DNA from: Desulfurivibrionaceae bacterium
Lineage (GTDB): Bacteria; Desulfobacterota; Desulfobulbia; Desulfobulbales; UBA5123
Reading direction: 5' to 3'
Length of the DNA stretch: 64,000 nt
NCBI GenBank assembly: GCA_030145325.1
Contig: JAQYVW010000008.1
Location: 160-64,159 of the forward strand
The notes under the pieces were generated by a model. That model did no database searches, was not told the DNA's origin, and saw only the letters and a list, made by a program, of their open reading frames with translations. A program made the position numbers and the translations under genes. Of the stretch, positions 1-9,164 are shown piece after piece. Numbering within the stretch: position 1 is the stretch's first letter; every line of letters begins with the position of its first letter.

Positions 1-2509
1 AAATGAACTGCCTTCTCCCTCCCGACTCTGCACCCAAATTTCCCCCTGCATGACCTTTACCAATTGCTTACAAATAGCAAGCCCCAAGCCAGTACCACCA
101 TATTCCCGGGAGATACTACTATCAGCCTGCCGAAAATTATCAAAAATATCTATTTCCAAGTTTTCCGGAATACCAATTCCAGTATCGCTGACCGAAAATT
201 TAAGTTCAAGGTCATCACGATTTTCCTCCTGCACGCTGCAGTTGATGGTGATCGTCCCGTTCTCGGTAAACTTTACGGCATTGCTGAGCAGATTACCAAG
301 CACCTGACGTAACCGATTATCATCACCAAATAAGGCAGAATGAAGGTCTTTGTTAATATCAACCTTGAGTTGATTACCCTTTTGGGTAAGACTTTCAGCG
401 AAAGTTGAAGCAATTGACTCAACAACCTTGAACAAATGGAAAGGACGTTCTGAAATTTCAAGCTGTCCAGCCTCAATTTTAGACAAATCCAAAATATCAT
501 TAAGAACGGCAAGAAGAGCATCTGCCGATTGCTGGACAGTTACCAGGTAAGATCGAACCGCAGGAGTAGGAGATTGCTCTAAGGCCAAGCGATTCATCCC
601 AATAATTGCATTCATGGGGGTGCGAATCTCGTGGCTCATGTTAGCCAAAAAATCACTTTTGGCCTGATTCGCCCTTTCGGCCTCCTCCTTAGCAAGCTTC
701 AAATCAATCTCAGCTTTTTTTCGATCGGTAATATCCCTAAAATCCTCTATGATACCAAGCAATTTCCCGCCGGAACCATAATAAGGCTGGGCCTTGACCA
801 CACAATAAATAGAACGCCCCCCCGGCAGATACTTCTCGACCTCGCCTTCTACTGCCACAGGACTTTTCATAATGCGGGTCAATGGACATTTCGGGGTGGA
901 ACAGGCACCACCGGAAAAGCTATCGTAACATTTGGAATTAAGCAGTTTTTCCCGATCCATTCCCACCATATTACAATATGTATCGTTAACCTTTATTATC
1001 TTAAAATTCTTATCTATTACCCGCATACCGCCGGCTGCGGTATTAAAGATAAGTTCTAACTCAAGATGAGAGGCACGGAGAGCTTCTTCTGCATGTTTTA
1101 ATTCTGTTATATCTACAGCAGAGACAATAATACCAATATCATCCAGGTTAGCCGACGAACCAAAACCATTTTTTGAAATAATTAGATTGTGGGTAGTGCC
1201 GTCTGGATATATCAAAGAAGTTTCACTACGATGACTCCCCCCCCTTGCAATAAGCTCCATATCTATTTCATGATGACGGACTGCATCTTCCGGAAGCAAA
1301 AATTCATCGATAGAGTGGCTTGCCCCGAGAGGCCCAGAGCAACCGAATAAATTATCAAAAGATTTATTTCCTCCTTTGCACCTGCCTTCCATGTCTTTAT
1401 AAAAAACAGGGGTAGGGATTGAATCAATAAGAGTTTGCTGAAAAAGCAACCGTTTCAGGAGATGATGAGTAAAACGTTTATGACCAATCAAAATAAGCAT
1501 AAAAAGAACTGAAATGATTATATAGACTGAATACAAATTCCTGACAAAAGAACTAACCACCGGATCTTCGAAATAGGAGATGAAATAGCCCACCGTCTCC
1601 TGCTCAATATTTTTTACCGGCATAAAAGCTACAATAAAATCAGCCCCATTCACCGAGATTGCTGTAGAGAATAATCCTTCCTGGGCAAGCATGGGCGAGA
1701 TTGTGTTACGGATTCGTGAATTTATTTGCCGACGGATTTTATCCTCAATGGTAAAAGTGCGAATCAACGATATTCTCCGGCATCATATCAACTTTTTCAT
1801 GCAAATAATCTTCAGACAAATCAGTGGGAATATAATTATCCAAAGAATCTTGAAAAAGTTTACTACTGGCAACTTTTTTCTTGAGCATAAAGAAGTAATC
1901 GCCCGGAAAATGTTGATTTAATGTCCTCTGTAGAAGAAAAAAAGGCACCCCGGTCTCCACACTACCCAGATGCTGACCATTCAAGTTAATTGGCGCCAGA
2001 AAGCGAAATGCATGATAATGTCTTCCTAACTCAAAGGCCTCAACATATCTTTGCTCTTCATTGACCTTCTTAATCGTCGGGCGGACATCAAAAAGATAGT
2101 CATCGAATTTCTCCGGCTTATGCATGCGCAGAAAACTTTTTCCATCAGCAAAATGAAAATGAACCTGACGTAAATATTTTTTACTTATACGTCCGTAGGT
2201 AGGCAACAGCTTCTCATAAAGGCTCTGCCTTAATCTTTTTCTCTCGTTATCATTGGCATTTGTTGCCTCTGCCATAATATTGACCACAGAAGGTGTAATA
2301 ATTATCTCCTCCAGGGTTATTCTGGCCAAGTTACTATAGATATCTAGCGTTGAATGAAATTCTGCGGACTGCTTATTACATACTTTTTCAAAATATTGAT
2401 TTTCTTTCTGATCCTTCAGATAAAACAGCAAACTGATAAAAACAGCCTGAAATACTATGAAAAGAATTGCATAGGATTGGTATGTCTTAATTTTATGTGA
2501 ACTCAGCAT
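1..2509 (-). pseudogene. Membrane sensor histidine kinase (TM-dCache-TM-PAS-PAS-HisKA-HATPase), split by one frameshift near 1748-1785; runs off the left edge
   Basis: ORF 2509..1745 has an N-terminal TM and a dCache_3-like motif (VHFH..GKSFLRMHKP). A second frame is open from about 1752 to position 1 and reads TIEDKIRR...TM...LIDSIPTPVFYKD (PAS), FLANMSHEIRTPMN (H-box), RLRQVLGNLLSNAVKFT (N-box), VSDTGIGI and GGTGLGLAIC (G boxes). Could be a sequencing error rather than a true pseudogene. Confidence 0.85.
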
Positions 2510-3090
2510 TTATTATTAGTTTCCTACGTTGAGCAAGAAGAATACAAAAGGTAACAATTATCTAATATCGATTTTATTTATTTCCACCTAACATCAATAA
2601 TAAGCGCCAAAAGGCAGCATACCTGACCACGACATTAACCGAATTATTACAACGTATTTTTCGACTACTTACTACAAATATTGCGAACAATAAAATACAA
2701 TAATCAAAAAAAAGTTCCAGCCCTAAAATGGACATGAGCCTGCTGAGAGGGAGGGGGGAAGGAGGAGGCTGGCGGCCATTTTATCAGGTAGGACCAATGC
2801 TCATTACTGTGCTCGGATTCTCTATCTTGTTATTATTGATCCGCCAGTAGTAGAGATCTTCCATGTCTTTGTAAACCTGAATAACCTGAAATATTACGTG
2901 TTGGTAGTCTCAACCATGAAAGCAGAGGCCAGAACGGTAAACACCGTTGCCACCACCCTATGGCTATTCACAGCCGCTATGCCTTTTTCTTGCCGGAACG
3001 ATGCACCATTTCCATTGACGACATGCAATCGCCTCCTTTCCATCTCCTGAATCTTTGAAGGGACTTCACTTTCTCTCGTTTAATAATAAC

Positions 3091-3106
3091 AGCAAGGGCT
3101 ATGCCA
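3091..3106 (-). promoter_or_regulatory. Sigma-54 (-24/-12) promoter
   Basis: Minus strand reads TGGCAT-AGCCC-TTGCT, matching TGGCAY-N5-TTGCW. An AGGAGG-N7-ATG follows at 3037..3022. Confidence 0.7.
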
Positions 3107-3146
3107 CCCCTAAGCTAACGGATTAGGGTCCTTTTGATTTGTAAGA

Positions 3147-3196
3147 ATTACCGGTTCGTAACAGCACAACAATAACAACGTTACCGACTGGTAACG
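3147..3196. promoter_or_regulatory. Two tandem TTAC-N6-GTAA palindromes, putative enhancer (bEBP) sites
   Basis: TTAC-CGGTTC-GTAA at 3148-3161 and CGTTAC-CGACTG-GTAACG at 3179-3196. They are 33 bp apart and lie upstream of the sigma-54 motif. Confidence 0.55.
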
Positions 3197-3210
3197 CCGT
3201 AAATATAAAG

Positions 3211-3248
3211 AAGATGGGGATGCGTTCCGCAGAATACATTCCCATCTT
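3211..3248 (-). terminator. Imperfect hairpin, probable terminator downstream of the TDT gene
   Basis: AAGATGGGGATG...CATTCCCATCTT inverted repeat, with T-rich sequence following on the minus strand. Confidence 0.4.
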
Positions 3249-3510
3249 TAACTACTTACCATCCCACCTTGGTGGTGATTGCAAGAGACTCCCCTGCCAA
3301 ATCAAATCAACGGAGACTTTTTTATAAGTCCAACGATTGAGCATCCTAAGGTTCAGCATCGAAACCATCCCAGATGAGAGAACCGGGACAGACTTGCATA
3401 ATTGCATAACCATAAGAGCATAGGGCACAGTTGACTTGGTACAACTTCACTCAAAACAAAGAACAAATTCTAAGATAAGGAAGGAACTACCTATCATCTT
3501 CTTTGTCGCC

Positions 3511-4689
3511 TTAATTAATAGGCTCCTTGACAGATACGATGGGGGAGCCTGATGATGGCGGAGGCCGGAACAAATGTCCTTTTACCATCCCCTTGGTGGT
3601 GCCAAAAGCAGCCACTACCCAGGCGATGAGCAATCCTAGATAATAGAGAATACTGGCCCATTTAAACATGGGCAGAGCGGTATGGTGCGCCAATTGGGCA
3701 ATGCCAGTGACACAGGTACCCACAGGAAAGGTAAATGCCCAATAGGTCAGGGCAAATTTCATTTGTCGGCGCCGGGCACGAAGGGTTAAGAGAGTTGCAA
3801 GACAGGTCCAGAGGAATACAAATCCAAAGATAGGCACACTGTACAGCACCGCAAACAATTCAAACCCATGGGCAAGTTGAGAAGGTAGCGCACCCTTAGC
3901 AACGGTACCCAGTATTCCCGCCGCAGTCATGGATTGCCCCAAGGGGCCTAAAACAATCCACAGGGTTGGTACCCGCGAGGTACCGGAAGTGCCATGATGT
4001 GCCAACCGGCTCCAGATCATTGAGATGATAATGAGCGCCGCCACAAGACTTAAACCAAACATGGAAAAACAAAGGTAGAACATGGTCTCTCTTAATACGC
4101 CCACCGGGGCGTAGGGAACAAGCATGGCTCCGATTGTCGCCGATACCATGGGCGAGACAACGGGCATTAGCCATCCCCCAAAGGCGGAGTCCGGTCGCAC
4201 CTTAAATTTGGTAAACAATCGATAAGGGATAATTATCGCAAAGGCAAGACCGGTTATGGTGCCTGCACCCCAGAGAGCCCAAGCAATTTCATGGGCCAAT
4301 GCCAGGCCGACAACATGATCACCCAGCAAAAGAGTTCCCCCAGCGATGGTGAGGATGGCCATTGGCGGCGCCCCATAAAACTGTGCCATCATGGGGTCGC
4401 TGAAATGCTTTCCCCAGACACTTTTCCCCTGGAGCAATTGAACGCATGTCGCCAAGACAAGACCGATCAACATACAAGAAGCCAAGCACCAGACAACCAG
4501 GGCAAAACCGTGAAGTTGGTCTGATAACAGAGGTAACGAAGCCGCAGCATTGGCAATAATGCCGGTGCCCATCACCGAGGCAAACCAGTTGGGACCTAAT
4601 TCAAAGTCATTGGTCGCGCCAGTGACCGAGTAGAAAAACCGCTTCCACCAAAACCCTTTGACGCTTGTGTTTTTAAGATCGTCATCCAT
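3511..4689 (-). CDS. TDT/SLAC1 family (tellurite-resistance/dicarboxylate/sulfite) anion transporter
   Basis: About 10 hydrophobic segments; family motifs PNWFASVMGTG, WLMPVV and YWAFTFPVG. Confidence 0.88.
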   Translation of the reverse strand: MDDDLKNTSVKGFWWKRFFYSVTGATNDFELGPNWFASVMGTGIIANAAASLPLLSDQLHGFALVVWCLASCMLIGLVLATCVQLLQGKSVWGKHFSDPMMAQFYGAPPMAILTIAGGTLLLGDHVVGLALAHEIAWALWGAGTITGLAFAIIIPYRLFTKFKVRPDSAFGGWLMPVVSPMVSATIGAMLVPYAPVGVLRETMFYLCFSMFGLSLVAALIIISMIWSRLAHHGTSGTSRVPTLWIVLGPLGQSMTAAGILGTVAKGALPSQLAHGFELFAVLYSVPIFGFVFLWTCLATLLTLRARRRQMKFALTYWAFTFPVGTCVTGIAQLAHHTALPMFKWASILYYLGLLIAWVVAAFGTTKGMVKGHLFRPPPSSGSPIVSVKEPIN

Positions 4690-5046
4690 ATCTTTGATCC
4701 TATCGGTTGGAATAAAAAACGGGACGCATTGAAGTACGACTCCTACGGTTCAAACCGGGGAACGGCCTATTCCTGATAATCATGAGAAGGTACCTCCATA
4801 ACATAGCCCTTTTATTGGTGGAAGTAATGGATGAAATTATACGCTGGAATCTACCGACATACAAACACCTTGGCCAATTAAATGGTCAGGAAAATGTCTA
4901 CTGTTTGCACTTCCGGGTAGGATGACAGTTATATTCTAGTGCTGCTGGCAGAAAATTATCGACAGGGAACGACGGAGATGGTCAAAAAACCAAAATACAT
5001 CTGGTGAGTATTTTTTATCAACTACCTGGGCAATTTTAAAAAAACC

Positions 5047-5658
5047 CTACATTGACCGGCACTCATGGAAATACTGCACGGAATAGGTCTGCACCGCTAA
5101 GGTACCATCGCGCCAGGCGTCGGTGTTGAGCATGGCTTTCTGACAGAGGTGGCTGAGAAAACTCTCTGGCTCAGGAAGCTGCTCCCACACCTGGGGAAGA
5201 AAGGTCGCCCGCGCCCCCCCTTTGGCGATGATAACCCCGTCAACATTGGGCTTCAGCTTGGCGACAAGATCATCACCATCTGCATAATCCAAAGATTGCG
5301 GTTGAGAAAGGATACTGACCTCGATCTCGATGGTGGCCAACTCCGCAACCGAAAGAGGCGCAAAACGGGGGTCACCAAAGGCGGCATTGAGAGCATTTTC
5401 ACGAACCCCGTCAACAATGCAACTAACCGCAACCAGGGAGCCGATGCAACCGCGTAACAGCCCGCCGACCGTCAAGGTGACAAAAACGCCACGGTGTTGC
5501 TGTAGCTCAGCTTGCTTAAGAACAGCCGAATCATCACTTACCGATAAAGATTCCGCCTCCACAGCTAGACGGGCGGAGATAACGGAACGTGCCAATCGGA
5601 TCAATGCCTGCCCCTGTGCTTCGGTCAAAGATGTTGCCAATACCTTCTTGCTTTCCAT
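5047..5658 (-). CDS. amrA: AMMECR1-domain protein (AmmeMemoRadiSam system protein A)
   Basis: Motifs GVFVTL...LRGCIG, AAFGDPRF, IEVSILS, ATFLPQVW and FLSHLCQKA. ATG at 5658 follows a GGAGGAGG RBS. Confidence 0.92.
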   Translation of the reverse strand: MESKKVLATSLTEAQGQALIRLARSVISARLAVEAESLSVSDDSAVLKQAELQQHRGVFVTLTVGGLLRGCIGSLVAVSCIVDGVRENALNAAFGDPRFAPLSVAELATIEIEVSILSQPQSLDYADGDDLVAKLKPNVDGVIIAKGGARATFLPQVWEQLPEPESFLSHLCQKAMLNTDAWRDGTLAVQTYSVQYFHECRSM

Positions 5659-5692
5659 AATCCCCTCCTCCCGCAAACGAACAGCCACAAAC

Positions 5693-5734
5693 AAAAAAAA
5701 GCCCCTGACCGAAAACGGCCAGAGGCTTTTTTTT
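5693..5734. terminator. Intrinsic terminator, possibly bidirectional
   Basis: A8-GCCCCTGACCG-AAAA-CGGCCAGAGGC-T8 directly after the HesB-like gene stop. Confidence 0.75.
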
Positions 5735-5744
5735 AATCAACTCA

Positions 5745-6116
5745 TCAACAGCCGCAGCCGCCTGAGTCCCCGGTGCCACAGCCACCGGAATCACCACCGG
5801 AGCCGCAGGAACTGCCGCAGCCACCACCGCCGCCGATGGGTACCGGCGAAGAGATGGAGAACCCGGAACGGGGCCCAGCATCAATGAAATCAACCTTAAT
5901 CTCCTGGCACTGAACCAGAAGGGCTTTGTCTACCAGAAATTTGATGCCTTCCTGATCAAAAACGTCGTCGTTGTCTTTTGGCTCATCCAGAGCCAATCCC
6001 AAAGAGGGGCCGGCTCAGCCGCCCTGCATGATGGCTACACGAATCGCAGAATCGATACTGTTCTGCGACATGTAGTCTTTCAGGTTCTTGATCGCAAGAT
6101 CCGTTGCTGTAAACAT
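5745..6116 (-). CDS. IscA/HesB-like selenoprotein, 123 aa with Sec34
   Basis: AGGAGG RBS then ATG at 6116. Reads MFTATDLAIKNLKDYMSQNSIDSAIRVAIMQGG-TGA(6017-6015)-AGPSLGLALDEPKDND in frame with track ORF 6002..5745. The TGA sits at the conserved GGC cysteine position of the family. Confidence 0.9.
5978..5996 (-). promoter_or_regulatory. Bacterial SECIS-like hairpin
   Basis: UUGGCUC-UGGAU-GAGCCAA stem-loop begins 18 nt after the in-frame UGA, with G in the second loop position. Confidence 0.7.
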
Positions 6117-6421
6117 AAAAAAAACCTCCTTACAATAAGATGTTCGGTCACCAGATCGTCACACAACGATAAGAGCGACATAATTAACATCGGAATAGCA
6201 AATGTATTTAAGCAATTTAAGTTGCAGGTGCCAATAAGTCAAGGGGTATGTCCCTAAAACACCCTACAAGCCTAACCTCTCCCCTCCCCTAAACGCAAGA
6301 TAAGATGCAATCTACGAGATTATAATAACAAAATGCTTGAACTTAGTATTTCTCCAACGGTATGGTCAAATAGAAAAAGTTCCCATCAATTATACCAACC
6401 AAAGGCTGGAGACAAACTAGG

Positions 6422-7510
6422 ATGAAAAAAATCGTCATTTCCACCGGCGGCGGCGACGCTCCCGGCCTCAACGCAGTGATTTACGCAGTGGTTATGTCAG
6501 CCCATGCCCGTGGTTGGGAGGTTTATGGTAGCCGCAGCGGCTATCGCGGCCTACTGGCCCCGGAAGAATTGATCCGCCTGACCCCGGAAATGGTGGCGGA
6601 TATCACCCCCACCGGCGGCACCATCCTCGGCTCCACCAACAAAGGAAACCCTTTTGAGATGCCGGTTCGCTCAGTCACCGGTGAATACCAGAACCACGAT
6701 GTATCCGATGAAATCATGAAACATTTCAACAGATTGGGCTTTTACTGCCATATCGCCGTGGGCGGTGACGGCAGCCTGGAGATTGCCCATCGCTTCGCCA
6801 CCGAGAAAGGGATGCCGGTGATCGGAGTACCCAAGACCATCGACAACGATCTCCAGGCCACCCAACGCACCTTCGGTTTTGACACCGCCGTATCCACCGC
6901 CACTGAAGCGCTGGACAAACTCCACTCCACCGCCAAGTCACACGACCGGGTGATGGTGGTAGAGGTGATGGGCCGCGATTCGGGATGGATTGCCCTGAAC
7001 TCCGGAATCTCCGGCTGCGCTGACGTTATCCTGATCCCGGAAATCCCCTTTGATATGGCTAAGGTTTGTGAGAAGATTGAGGACAACGAGTTGCACAAAA
7101 AACATTACGCCATCGTCGTGGTTGCCGAAGGGGCAAAACCTCTAGGAGTCGACGAGGTGATGGGCAAAGAAGGTGAGATGGGCAGAGCAGAAAAGGTTCT
7201 GGGCGGGATCGGCGAATGGGTTGCCAATAAAATAAACTGCTGCCTGGAGAAAGACACCCGCTCGCTGGTTCTTGGTCACCTGCAACGTGGCGGCAGCCCC
7301 ACCACCTTTGATCGGTTGCTGGCGTTACGATTTGGCGCTGCGGCAGTAAGGATGGCTGAGGAAGGAATCTTTGACCATATGGTGGCCTTGAGCACCCCGA
7401 CCATGAAAGCGGTGCCGCTGGCGGAAGCGATCCAATCACGGAAGAAAGTCCCTATGGACAGCGACAAATTGATGACCGCGAGAGAAATAGGCATCTGCAT
7501 GGGCGACTAA
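6422..7510 (+). CDS. pfkA: 6-phosphofructokinase (PfkA family, GGDG/PKTIDND type, probably ATP-dependent)
   Basis: Motifs GGGDAPGLN, GGTILGS, GGDGS, PKTIDND, EVMGR and LGHLQRGG. Confidence 0.95.
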   Translation: MKKIVISTGGGDAPGLNAVIYAVVMSAHARGWEVYGSRSGYRGLLAPEELIRLTPEMVADITPTGGTILGSTNKGNPFEMPVRSVTGEYQNHDVSDEIMKHFNRLGFYCHIAVGGDGSLEIAHRFATEKGMPVIGVPKTIDNDLQATQRTFGFDTAVSTATEALDKLHSTAKSHDRVMVVEVMGRDSGWIALNSGISGCADVILIPEIPFDMAKVCEKIEDNELHKKHYAIVVVAEGAKPLGVDEVMGKEGEMGRAEKVLGGIGEWVANKINCCLEKDTRSLVLGHLQRGGSPTTFDRLLALRFGAAAVRMAEEGIFDHMVALSTPTMKAVPLAEAIQSRKKVPMDSDKLMTAREIGICMGD

Positions 7511-7512
7511 GG

Positions 7513-7818
7513 TTACTGTTGATCAAGCCGCTCCATGTAATCCTCCCATTCCATGGGCAGCATGGTTTTCTTAAGGTTGTTGCATTCCTTGCAGGATGGA
7601 ACCAGGTTATTCTTGACACTACGCCCCCCTCGCGCCAAGGGGACAAGATGATCCATGGTCAGTTCTTCCATGGCCGTCACCTGGCCACAGTAGTGACAGA
7701 CCCTCTGGGCGATCTTGTTTTTCCACCAACGGGTACGGCGAAGATCTCTCGCCTTGCCCCGTTCACGACGGATAGTCGCATCATCTACGCCACTGAAGAA
7801 AAACCCGTCGTCCATCAC
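7513..7818 (-). CDS. Small HNH endonuclease
   Basis: CHYC...TMDHLVPLARGG...NLVPSCKECNNLK. Confidence 0.9.
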   Translation of the reverse strand: MMDDGFFFSGVDDATIRRERGKARDLRRTRWWKNKIAQRVCHYCGQVTAMEELTMDHLVPLARGGRSVKNNLVPSCKECNNLKKTMLPMEWEDYMERLDQQ

Positions 7819-9164
7819 TTAACCACTTCGCCCAAAAGAAGCTTACGGGCAGCGCCAATCAGATACAGGGAACCGGCCACCACAATCAAATCCTCAGCCG
7901 TAGCCTCTTGGGCTGCAAGATCAAGGGCCTCGGCAACGGTATTCGCGCCGCCCGCCCGATTCTGAGCAAAATCCGGCAACAAGGCCATGAGTTGTGCGGT
8001 CTCAGCAGATCGATCGCTTTCCGGGCGGGTAAAAATAATTCGTGCGCACAGAGGAGCGATTTCAGCCAACATCGGCGCCACATCCTTATCGGCCATACTG
8101 GCCCAGACCATGATCACCCGGTGATGGGGAAAGGTGCCGGCAAGGGCTTTGCACAAAGCCTCTACCCCGGCGGGATTATGAGCGCCATCAAGGAGGTAAC
8201 GGCGGAGGTTCGGATCAACGGCCAAACCTGCCGCAGACCCCGACGGGCAGGCAACCTCAACGCCAGTGGCACCATTGAGACAAAAATATTCCATCCGTCC
8301 CGGCCAGCGCACTACCGCAAGCCCCTTGCGAATCGCCTCCTCGCTCACCGGCAACTCCTGGTCCAAAGCCTCCAGGGTGGCAACCGCCAAAGCAGAATTA
8401 GCGATCTGATGAACGCCTCCCAACCTACACGGTAGACCAGCCATGGCCGCTAACTGTTCGCTTACTCCCCGATAATTCCATTCCTGCGGGCCAACCGCTA
8501 CTCCGGCAAAATCTCGCCCCAACAACCGCAATGACGCGCCTCGTTCTCGGCACGCTTCTACCACCACCGCCCCGCTGGCATCATCTGCCACCGCCGACAC
8601 CACCGGCACTCCAGGCTTAATCACCCCCGCCTTTTCAAAGGCCACCTCGGCCAGGGTGTTGCCAAGATACGCTTCATGATCCATGGAGACGTTGGTTATC
8701 ACGCTAACCATAGGGGTAACCACATTGGTGGCATCAAGCCTGCCGCCCATCCCCACTTCAAGAATGGCTACATCAACCTCGCTCTTGGCAAACCAAAGCA
8801 TGGCCACGGCAGTGGTGAACTCAAAATAGGTAATCTGCCGCTCCCCCAACACCGCACGAATTTCCGTGGCAATGGCCGCGAACTCTTCTTCGGGGATAAA
8901 GGTATCGTTGATGCGAAATCGTTCCCGTACCGAACTAAGATGGGGCGAACTGTAAAACCCCACCCGGTATCCCGCCTCAGCAAGGATTGCCAACAAGGTC
9001 GCCGACACCGAACCCTTACCATTGGTACCGGCAACATGGATAAAACGCAGCCGCTGTTGCGGATGCCCCACCGCGTCGAGAAAGCCGTTCATGCTCTCAA
9101 GGCCGAGTTTGATCTTAAAAAATTGCAGGTTATCGAGAAATTGCCAAGCCTCTTGATAGTCCAT
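7815..9164 (-). CDS. folC: Folylpolyglutamate synthase/dihydrofolate synthase
   Basis: Motifs IHVAGTNGKGS, SSPHL, TYFE, EVGMGGRLDATN, WPGR, DGAHN and GSLYL. Confidence 0.96.
   Translation of the reverse strand: MDYQEAWQFLDNLQFFKIKLGLESMNGFLDAVGHPQQRLRFIHVAGTNGKGSVSATLLAILAEAGYRVGFYSSPHLSSVRERFRINDTFIPEEEFAAIATEIRAVLGERQITYFEFTTAVAMLWFAKSEVDVAILEVGMGGRLDATNVVTPMVSVITNVSMDHEAYLGNTLAEVAFEKAGVIKPGVPVVSAVADDASGAVVVEACRERGASLRLLGRDFAGVAVGPQEWNYRGVSEQLAAMAGLPCRLGGVHQIANSALAVATLEALDQELPVSEEAIRKGLAVVRWPGRMEYFCLNGATGVEVACPSGSAAGLAVDPNLRRYLLDGAHNPAGVEALCKALAGTFPHHRVIMVWASMADKDVAPMLAEIAPLCARIIFTRPESDRSAETAQLMALLPDFAQNRAGGANTVAEALDLAAQEATAEDLIVVAGSLYLIGAARKLLLGEVVK

Noticed and set aside
714-1244. Homopolymers (T7 at 715-721, C8 at 1237-1244) as further frameshifts or phase-variation sites in the kinase
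   Set aside because: Translating through both keeps the frame (DRKKAE, ARGGSH). Nothing indicates slippage.
5745-6002. 85-aa ORF as the complete gene, or a nonsense pseudogene
   Set aside because: The upstream RBS/ATG, Cys-position UGA and SECIS-like hairpin explain it better as a selenoprotein.
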